DNA of 64,000 nucleotides, from positions 8,638-72,637 of the forward strand of contig JADFQJ010000008.1 of assembly GCA_022561875.1 (NCBI GenBank), in the 5' to 3' direction. The stretch's first letter is position 1. Every line of letters starts with the position of its first letter. The DNA comes from Bacteroidota bacterium. GTDB lineage: Bacteria; Bacteroidota; Bacteroidia; Bacteroidales; VadinHA17. Positions 51,891-59,252 of this stretch are shown piece after piece. The notes beneath the pieces were generated by a model, which did not search any database, had not been told where the DNA came from, and saw only the letters and a list, made by a program, of their open reading frames with translations. The translations under genes and the position numbers were made by a program.

Positions 51891-52126
51891 GCTAAGACGC
51901 AGAGACGCTGAGAAAAGGAGAAGAGTATCCGCCTTCGCCAAGGCTACGGCGGACGAAGGAAGAGACTAATGAATAATGATTAACGATTTGAAGAGACAAG
52001 GCATGCCTTGTCTTAGTGACCAGTAACCACAGTGAAATATGCTCCTTCCCCAGTGAAATACTTTCGTACCTCAAATTTCACGGGGCAAGCGTCGCATTTC
52101 ACGTGGCAAGCCAGTAACCAGTAACA
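51891..52126. repeat. Repeat/hairpin-rich module upstream of the second ECF sigma gene
   Basis: cgcagagacgct x2 (51891-51920). Hairpin ccgcc/ggcgg (~51930-51953). 20-nt palindrome AGACAAGGCATGCCTTGTCT (51994-52013). Nested GTGAAAT/ATTTCAC inverted repeats (52027-52106) are flanked by CAGTAAC words (52019-52028, 52110-52125). Confidence 0.85.
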
Positions 52127-52183
52127 AATATTTTGTTTTTAAGAAGTATAAACAGGAATTATAAAAAGATTGGGAAAGCGAAC

Positions 52184-52747
52184 ATGCTTTCTGATATTGA
52201 TATTATCAGCCGGTATAAAAAACTGAGTGATGCAGAGGTGTTGGCGCCCCTGTTTGACAGGTATATCCACCTGGTGTTTGGTGTATGTTTGAAATACCTG
52301 AAAAACAAAGAGGAGGCTAAAGATGCTGCTATGGAAATCATGGAAAGTCTTATGGATAAGCTGCTGCAGCATGAAATTAGCAATTTCCCTTCCTGGCTTC
52401 ATACTGTAAGCAGGAACCATTGCCTGATGAAGATCAGAAACAGGAAAGAGGACCTTTTTATTGGGATCGATGAGAGAAAAAGTGAACAGATACTTGTGGA
52501 ATCCGGAGAAGATTTGCATCTAAAAATTGAGAAGGAAGCACAACTTGACCAATTGGGTAAAGCAATTGCAAGTCTGAATGCTGAACAGAAACAGTGCATA
52601 AAGTTATTTTATCTTGAAAAAAGATCATACGATGAAATAGCCAACGAAACAGGCTACAGCTTGAATAAAGTTAAAAGCCATATTCAAAACGGAAAAAGAA
52701 ACCTGCGTAAATATTTAATTGAAAATGAGACAGAAACAGGGAAATAA
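52184..52747 (+). CDS. ECF RNA polymerase sigma factor
   Basis: Region 2 (EEAKDAAMEIMESLMDKL..FPSWLHTVSRNHCL) and region 4 (RSYDEIANETGYSLNKVKSHIQNGKRNL). ATG 52184 is preferred over the TTG at 52133 in the ORF track. Confidence 0.85.
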   Translation: MLSDIDIISRYKKLSDAEVLAPLFDRYIHLVFGVCLKYLKNKEEAKDAAMEIMESLMDKLLQHEISNFPSWLHTVSRNHCLMKIRNRKEDLFIGIDERKSEQILVESGEDLHLKIEKEAQLDQLGKAIASLNAEQKQCIKLFYLEKRSYDEIANETGYSLNKVKSHIQNGKRNLRKYLIENETETGK

Positions 52748-53861
52748 TTTGTTTTTACATTCAGGTTGTCTGACACAAGAAGCTATCCGGTTCTATAATA
52801 ATAGCACGCTAACCGGTGAAGAGCTGATGGAAGTCAGACAGCACATGGAAGAATGTCCTTTGTGCAGTGACGCGGCTGAAGGGTTGAAATTAGTGCCTGG
52901 TCATAAAGAGCAGAAAGAATCTGTTCAGGATATCAGAAAGGGTCTGTTCCGGAGACTGGAAGAGAGAAGTGAATCGTCCCGGAGACACTTGAAAATCGCA
53001 AAAACTTACAGATACGTTGCCGCTGCTGCATCAGTGATCCTTATTGTGGGAATATTTTCAATTTATCATTTCTTGTTAAGGCAAGATAATAATATGATTG
53101 CTGATAATATCGAAGCTGAAAAAGCAATTCCTGAAACAATATCTGAAAAGCAGCTTCAACCCGGCCGGGAAAAGGAAATAATTACCCCGGCTGTCACTCC
53201 TGTTCAACAGCCAAAAAGAAAGGGAAGGAGAATTGATACAAAAAAAAGCGAAATAGTTACGATTGATAAGCAGGAAGAGATTAAAGAACCGGAAGTTCTG
53301 GCAGAAGAGGTGAAATTGGATATGAAGGAAAAAATAAGCAGGCAGGTTTCAGCAATCCGCATCAGTGGCACGGAAAGCGATGATACAGGTAAAGGAGATG
53401 GTTTAACAGATGAAGTTCATTTATATGAGATATCAGGGGTTGAAGCACCGGAAGAAACAAGACAAAAAAAATCTGCAGTTGCAGGAGTTGCACGAGGCAC
53501 AACAGAATCAGCCTCAGAAAAACGCACCATTCCCAAAGCAGCAAATAATGGAGACAGTACAGAGCCCCAGCCTCAATTCGAGGTTGAAGGGTATGAAGAT
53601 TTTGATGATTATATAATGCAGAATATTCAATATCCTGAATCGGCCATTAAGGAAGGAACTGAAGGTATTGTGTGGGTGGAGTTTAATATTAACAAAAGAG
53701 GGAAAGTAACAGATGTAAAGGTTGTTGAAAGTATTGATGAGCGCCTTGATAATGAAGCTGTACGTGTCGTGTCATCATCTCCACGATGGATAGCTGCTGA
53801 AATGAATGGGAAAAAAACAGCAAAGAAGATGACTGTAACAGTAGAGTTTCATCTCAAGTAA
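52725..53861 (+). CDS. Anti-sigma factor (zf-HC2-like) fused to a C-terminal TonB_C-like domain
   Basis: It overlaps the sigma gene's 3' end. N-terminal HMEECPLCSDAAEG zinc-finger-like motif, one TM (AAAASVILIVGIFSIYHFLL), a long K/E/P-rich linker, and a C-terminal YPESAIKEGTEGIVWVEFNINKRGKV..VVSSSPRW TonB_C-type block. Confidence 0.8.
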   Translation: MRQKQGNNLFLHSGCLTQEAIRFYNNSTLTGEELMEVRQHMEECPLCSDAAEGLKLVPGHKEQKESVQDIRKGLFRRLEERSESSRRHLKIAKTYRYVAAAASVILIVGIFSIYHFLLRQDNNMIADNIEAEKAIPETISEKQLQPGREKEIITPAVTPVQQPKRKGRRIDTKKSEIVTIDKQEEIKEPEVLAEEVKLDMKEKISRQVSAIRISGTESDDTGKGDGLTDEVHLYEISGVEAPEETRQKKSAVAGVARGTTESASEKRTIPKAANNGDSTEPQPQFEVEGYEDFDDYIMQNIQYPESAIKEGTEGIVWVEFNINKRGKVTDVKVVESIDERLDNEAVRVVSSSPRWIAAEMNGKKTAKKMTVTVEFHLK

Positions 53862-53870
53862 ACCGGGTAA

Positions 53871-54278
53871 TCAGGAATCTTTTATAACAGTTACAACGAT
53901 AGTCCTTTTAGTCCGCGGGCCGTCAAATTCGCATAAAAAAATATTCTGCCAGGTTGAAAGTCCCAATTCTCCATCTATCAGGGGAATAGCTTCGCTGGGT
54001 CCCACTATACCTGCTTTCAGGTGTGCATCTCCGTTATTATCCTGCATATCATGTTCCCAAACCCCGGCAGGGATAAGTTTTTTCAATAAGTTTACCACAT
54101 CATTCTGAACCGACTGATCCCAGTTTTCCTGGATCATAATACCCGCAGTAGCACCCTGGACATAAATATTTACTATTCCGTCAGATACATTGCTGCCTTT
54201 TACCACACGACGTACTTCAGGAGTAATATCATAAAGTCCGTTGTGTTTGTCTGTTCCTATTTGTATTACTTCTCTCAT
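53871..54278 (-). CDS. yjbQ: YjbQ/UPF0047 family protein (secondary thiamine-phosphate synthase)
   Basis: 135 aa with GIVNIYVQGATAGI and HLKAGIVGPSE blocks typical of YjbQ. Confidence 0.85.
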   Translation of the reverse strand: MREVIQIGTDKHNGLYDITPEVRRVVKGSNVSDGIVNIYVQGATAGIMIQENWDQSVQNDVVNLLKKLIPAGVWEHDMQDNNGDAHLKAGIVGPSEAIPLIDGELGLSTWQNIFLCEFDGPRTKRTIVVTVIKDS

Positions 54279-54342
54279 TTTGCTACTTTTCGGTTGATTA
54301 GTAATTTAATTCCAAAGTTACCAGATAAATATTAAAAAATGA

Positions 54343-54453
54343 AACGAATTGAAAATATGGGAAGAAATGTACCATGAGCTGCATAACGAAGAAATAAAGA
54401 ATGAGGTTTTCGGGTATATTATTGATTGGTTAAAAAAACAGGGTTTGGCTTAA
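54343..54453 (+). pseudogene. Possible relic of an alpha/beta-hydrolase (lysophospholipase-like) C-terminus
   Basis: The open frame NELKIWEEMYHELHNEEIKNEVFGYIIDWLKKQGLA* resembles the ..YHE.(H/F)NE......V...I..WL.. tail of monoacylglycerol-lipase-type hydrolases. An in-frame stop lies immediately upstream and there is no N-terminal body. Confidence 0.3.
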
Positions 54454-54465
54454 TTGTAGAATAAG

Positions 54466-55449
54466 ATGAAAAAAAATGATGTTTTCAGAACTGAAGTTGA
54501 GGTTAAACCCTCTATATATAAAATAAACCACAAAACCCCTGTAATGTTCCTCGGCTCTTGCTTTGCAGATAATATAGGGAAAATGGTTGCTGAAAAGAAA
54601 TTCGAGGTGAGTATCAATCCGTTCGGGGTGATCTATAATCCTTTGTCAGTAAAGCAATCATTGAATATCCTTCTTGAGAGGAAAGAATTTCAAAAGGATG
54701 ATCTGTATGAATTTAATAACCAATGGGTTAGTTTTTATCATCATTCAAAATTCTCATCTCCTGATCGGGATGAAGTACTGAAAAAGATCAACAACAGGAT
54801 AAAAAAGGGGGCAGATTTTATTGAGAGGACAAATTTTCTTTTTATCACTTTTGGTACGGCATGGGTTTACGAATGGAAAGAAACCGGAAAGGTTGTATCC
54901 AATTGTCATAAGATCCCGGAAAGAGAATTTAATCGCAGGATGCTTAATCCCGAAGAAATTTTACAGGCATGGGGAGAGATTATTGAAAAGCTACATACAC
55001 AACTGCCCGGGTTGAAAATAATATTTACCGTGAGTCCGGTTCGCCATTGGAAGGATGGCGCCGAAGGGAATATGGTAAGCAAATCGGTATTGCTTTATGC
55101 TATTCATCTGCTCCGGAAAAAATTTCCTGATACGGATTATTTTTCCTCATATGAAATAATGATGGATGACCTGCGCGATTACCGGTTTTATAGTGAAGAC
55201 ATGCTCCATCTCAATACCACGGCAGTAAATTATATATGGCAAAAATTCGATCAGCGGTTTTTTAATGATGAAACACGCAAGGTGTTGAAGAAGGTAGATG
55301 AAATAAACAGGGCAGTTGCTCATAAACCTTTCCGCCCCGGTTCGGAGGATCATTTGGCATTTGTTGAAAAAACCCTGCAAAAGATCAGGCAGGTGGAATC
55401 GGCCTTTCCTTCCATTGACTTTTCAAAGGAAAAACAACAGCTTCAATAA
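54466..55449 (+). CDS. GSCFA domain-containing protein
   Basis: 327 aa with the eponymous block FLGSCFADNIG near the N-terminus and an SGNH-like layout. Confidence 0.85.
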   Translation: MKKNDVFRTEVEVKPSIYKINHKTPVMFLGSCFADNIGKMVAEKKFEVSINPFGVIYNPLSVKQSLNILLERKEFQKDDLYEFNNQWVSFYHHSKFSSPDRDEVLKKINNRIKKGADFIERTNFLFITFGTAWVYEWKETGKVVSNCHKIPEREFNRRMLNPEEILQAWGEIIEKLHTQLPGLKIIFTVSPVRHWKDGAEGNMVSKSVLLYAIHLLRKKFPDTDYFSSYEIMMDDLRDYRFYSEDMLHLNTTAVNYIWQKFDQRFFNDETRKVLKKVDEINRAVAHKPFRPGSEDHLAFVEKTLQKIRQVESAFPSIDFSKEKQQLQ

Positions 55450-55833
55450 AAAAGGCCTGCATCACCACAGGCCTTATAAATTGATCAGAAAGTGCTTCAA
55501 AGTTATTTTTCTTATCCCTGCTTATCCTGTTTTTCAGATCTTTTTTGTTCGACATACTTATTGAATGCCTCTTCGCCTTCTTCTTTCCAGTAATTGATTA
55601 CACCCGGACCGAACAGTTCAGGTATAAGCCAGGTCCAGAGAAGCATAACAAAGTAGCCGAATAAAAAAGCGAAAAGTACTGCTGCTCCCACACCTGATAT
55701 GATCCATCCTCCAAATCTCAGTCCATTTATGAACCGGTGTTTTTTGTCATAATATACGCTGTGTTCAATGATTGTTCCTCCTGTTGATTTAAATTTATAG
55801 AGGAATTAGTGAAAAAATATCTGCAAACCTTTT

Positions 55834-58326
55834 CTATTTATTAATAATCACTTTGCGGTTTATGTTTATTCCGTTAACGGTAATATTCATAAAGTAAAGC
55901 CCGGCCGGAATATTTCCTGTATCAATATTTATTTTATGCTTTCCTCCGGTTTCGATCTTCTTTTCAAATACGGTTTTCCCGGGAATGTTCACCAACCTGA
56001 TCTGTATAGTGTTTTCAATCTCCGGAAGATTCAGTCTGAGTGTGAAGATACCATTATTAGGATTCGGATAAACATGCATACCGGCACTAAGGTCACGAGT
56101 AATAACACCGGTAGCTTCCTCCACCAGAATCACCATAATGGAAGAGTCGCATAGTGACGGGTTAGCAATCATACATACCTTGTACATGACTGTATCAGGA
56201 CCTGTAAAACCAGTATCGGGGATGTAAGTTATAGCACTGTCACCTTCAATTTCTGCAGAACCATTGTTTGGGTATTGAATAATTGTCAGGTTGAAGCCTC
56301 CTGGTACATCATCATCTTCAATAACATTAAGAGTAATTGTATCATTTTCCGGCATAGAAACATAATCGTTACCGGTAACCGGGGTATTAACAATGTAATT
56401 TCCGTTTCCAAAACGTTCAGTGAATTCCTGGTAATAGATATTGGCTATCGTAGCATTATGAATGATAAGGGTGTTCTCATCGTTACGGTATTCGGCTGAT
56501 GAGCTCCAGTTATGGCAGCCGGTGAGTACCTGCGGGTCGGTTCCTGAGGGATCGGCGATCATATATTTGTGGTGCATGATACCTGATTCGCCCGTTTCCC
56601 GGAAATTTCCGCCTAATGCACTTTTCAAAGTATTTACAACGGTTTCATTACAGTTTGCTTCGGTATTTACAATCACTTTTGCTGTGGTTCCGGCAGCAGC
56701 CATATCGCTGATAGCATATCCGATATCGGTCCGGGTGATCAGCATGGTGGCAACACAAAGTTCACTTTCTGCAGATTTGATACTGCCTATAATGCGTGAA
56801 TTAGTACCGTCAGATGGGGAAAACCATGATTCTACCCGGTTCCCGCCGATAACAAACTCATGCGGAGTATTATCTGTTTTATCAGGGCCAAACCTGGAAT
56901 TGACATTATCAGGGGTCAGCCCTTCCGAGCCGAACATCTCGTTGAATTCAAGCCTGTATGCTATTGCAAGGCTCTGATCCTGAATGATGATCACATTATT
57001 CGGATCGGTATTGATCTGACCGGCGGTGAAATTTGTCGAACCGGTCCATACTAAAGGATCATTTGCGTCGGCTGAAAATGCATCAAACACTACAAATTTG
57101 TTGTGCATGATCCCATAAACCGGATAATCGCTGGTGGGGCTTGCTATTTTTCCGATACCTGCATCCACCGTATTGATGCCGGAATTACCGGTATTGCTGT
57201 CGTACACAATCCTCACCTCAACACCGCGTGAATAGGCTACATTCAAAGCAGCAGTTATGTTTGAGATACCTGAGTTATTAACATTATAAATTGTAAAATC
57301 TATTGTATATTTTGCTCTCTCAATGTACCTGATTAGAGTATCGTCAATGGCATGATCAAGATAAACAGCATCTGTGCCGGTTGAAACACTGTTATCCACA
57401 CTTCGGTTAAAATAGACTTTTATTTCTCCGGTTGATTCCGATTGGGTTATAAATGTTTGCAGGGCTGTTTTTGCTGTATCGGTGTCAAGAACTGAGAAAG
57501 CCTGCACATAAAACACTTCTGATGGGTCAGCGCCGGTTATGTTAATGGTGTGATCCATAACATTTCCAAGGCCGGTTAGTTGGCCAAGTTCAAGAGCCGG
57601 TGTATTTCCATAAAAGATCCCGGTTGAGCCGGCCTTATCGGTGCTCCAGTGAAGGAAGAAACCTGATGTAGTTATACTGCTGATTATCAGGGGAGAAGTG
57701 ACATTGATACTGCTTGCCGGGATAATATCATTCTCATCACGGGGCAGCGCCTGGTAAGTGCTATAGTACTGTCCTAAAACACCTATGATGGCAACTTCCC
57801 CGGAGGGGATCACTGTTCCTGCCAGGGGGGAGTTCTCATCGTAAATTCTTATTTCACCACTCTGGCCATTGGAGGTATATGGATAATTGCTTTTTGCAGC
57901 AAAAACCTGACCGGCGTCATCAAACACGGCATGTTCGATCTGTACCAGTTGTGCTTCATAGGTTTCGTTCAGTTCAGAAGGTGTCAGAACAACCGGGTCG
58001 GGCAGATCATGTCCTGATGAATGGTTTGTTAATGAAGTTATGGGGCTTATTTCCAGCAGGTTGTTATAATCATAAAGAGTGCCGGTAACGGTAATACTGT
58101 CGCCACGGTTCACATTGTTTACAAAACTGGTTCCATACACGGGAATTGCTCCTGTTGCATCCTGGATAAACCTGATTACGCCAAGCTCTGCACCATTGGT
58201 AGCGATGCCTGTAATTGTAACGGTGGAGCCAAGTGATGCCTGTCTGGCACCGGCAATAGTGGATTGGGTTTTACCATAAAAGGAAATAAACAACAGGGGA
58301 GAGAAAAAAAGTAAATATTTTTTCAT
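55834..58326 (-). CDS. Secreted phospholipase D-superfamily (two HKD motifs) protein with Ig/cadherin-like domain and T9SS C-terminal sorting domain
   Basis: Signal peptide. HKD motifs HNKFVVFD..GSTNF and HHKYMIAD..GCHNW. An Ig-like VTGNDYVSM..ITYIPDTGFTGPDTVMYKV region. A C-terminal VYPNPNNGIFTLRL...GLYFMNITVNG tail typical of T9SS CTDs. Confidence 0.85.
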   Translation of the reverse strand: MKKYLLFFSPLLFISFYGKTQSTIAGARQASLGSTVTITGIATNGAELGVIRFIQDATGAIPVYGTSFVNNVNRGDSITVTGTLYDYNNLLEISPITSLTNHSSGHDLPDPVVLTPSELNETYEAQLVQIEHAVFDDAGQVFAAKSNYPYTSNGQSGEIRIYDENSPLAGTVIPSGEVAIIGVLGQYYSTYQALPRDENDIIPASSINVTSPLIISSITTSGFFLHWSTDKAGSTGIFYGNTPALELGQLTGLGNVMDHTINITGADPSEVFYVQAFSVLDTDTAKTALQTFITQSESTGEIKVYFNRSVDNSVSTGTDAVYLDHAIDDTLIRYIERAKYTIDFTIYNVNNSGISNITAALNVAYSRGVEVRIVYDSNTGNSGINTVDAGIGKIASPTSDYPVYGIMHNKFVVFDAFSADANDPLVWTGSTNFTAGQINTDPNNVIIIQDQSLAIAYRLEFNEMFGSEGLTPDNVNSRFGPDKTDNTPHEFVIGGNRVESWFSPSDGTNSRIIGSIKSAESELCVATMLITRTDIGYAISDMAAAGTTAKVIVNTEANCNETVVNTLKSALGGNFRETGESGIMHHKYMIADPSGTDPQVLTGCHNWSSSAEYRNDENTLIIHNATIANIYYQEFTERFGNGNYIVNTPVTGNDYVSMPENDTITLNVIEDDDVPGGFNLTIIQYPNNGSAEIEGDSAITYIPDTGFTGPDTVMYKVCMIANPSLCDSSIMVILVEEATGVITRDLSAGMHVYPNPNNGIFTLRLNLPEIENTIQIRLVNIPGKTVFEKKIETGGKHKINIDTGNIPAGLYFMNITVNGININRKVIINK

Positions 58327-58391
58327 TATTTTACCAATTTTCTTTTCTGCTTTAAGCTTTTTGCCTTTTTACTTTATCCTTTGTCTTGTTC

Positions 58392-59141
58392 TTACATTAT
58401 CTCCATGCTGTTGATTTTCTCCAGATCTTCAGGTGTGTCGATAGAGATGCTTTCATGCCGGGTTTCTACAACATGTATTGTGTAACCGTTTTCGAGCCAG
58501 CGGTTTTGTTCAAGTGATTCTGCTTTTTCAAGAGAAGAGGGAGACAATTGAGTAATTTCCATCAGGATTTCTGTACGAAAAGCATATATTCCAATATGTT
58601 TATAGAAAGGATATTCGCCGGCCCACTTTGTTTTTTCAATGTTCCTGACATAGGGAATAGGAGACCGGCTGAAATAAAGTGCCATACCGTTTTTATCTGC
58701 GACTACTTTTGGCAGGTGAGGGTTGAAGATTTCTTCTTCACTGGAAATTTTTTTAATGAGTGTGGAAATTTGTATCTCAGGATCATTGAAACTTTTGGAT
58801 AAATGGGAAAGCATCACTGGATCGAGGAATGGTTCATCACCCTGAATATTGATAACAATATCAACAGGTTCATTGTGTGATTTCTGGTAAAGTGTTACAG
58901 CTTCTGCGCAGCGGTCTGTACCACTCTGGTGATTTTGGAAAGTCATAATTACATGCCCCCCGAAACTTTCAACTTCTTTGCTGATCCTTTTGTCGTCTGT
59001 TGCTACAATAACATTATTGAGGGATAACGAACATCTATCGTAAACCCTCCTGATCATAGTTTTACCGCCAATAATAACCAACGGTTTTCCTGGAAATCTT
59101 ACTGACTGGTATCGTGCAGGGATAATTCCTAATGTATTCAT
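58392..59141 (-). CDS. kdsB: 3-deoxy-manno-octulosonate cytidylyltransferase (CMP-Kdo synthetase)
   Basis: The IIPARYQSVRFPGKPL start and NIQGDEP block are typical of KdsB. 249 aa. Confidence 0.92.
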   Translation of the reverse strand: MNTLGIIPARYQSVRFPGKPLVIIGGKTMIRRVYDRCSLSLNNVIVATDDKRISKEVESFGGHVIMTFQNHQSGTDRCAEAVTLYQKSHNEPVDIVINIQGDEPFLDPVMLSHLSKSFNDPEIQISTLIKKISSEEEIFNPHLPKVVADKNGMALYFSRSPIPYVRNIEKTKWAGEYPFYKHIGIYAFRTEILMEITQLSPSSLEKAESLEQNRWLENGYTIHVVETRHESISIDTPEDLEKINSMEIM

Positions 59142-59214
59142 TTTTCTTTCAATTAAAAGAATATGCTAATTTACAGAAAATATGGGTATTAATGCTAAAT
59201 TGTTAAAAAATCTC

Positions 59215-59222
59215 TAATTTTG
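59215..59222 (+). promoter_or_regulatory. Candidate -7 promoter box (TAnnTTTG) for the sigma-54 activator operon
   Basis: TAATTTTG lies 31 nt upstream of the ATG at 59253. Confidence 0.3.
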
Positions 59223-59252
59223 CATGAAATTTATATTTATTTGTAAAACAGT

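Noticed and set aside
52133-52183. The TTG-initiated 17-codon N-terminal extension of the ECF sigma ORF, and similar extensions of queG (37511) and the anti-sigma gene (52719).
   Set aside because: Downstream ATGs align better with the usual N-termini of these families. The extensions look like arbitrary longest-ORF calls.
55316-55564. An 82-aa plus-strand ORF overlapping the GSCFA gene's 3' end.
   Set aside because: It is an alternate frame of a well-supported gene that runs into the spacer. The product is basic and low-complexity.
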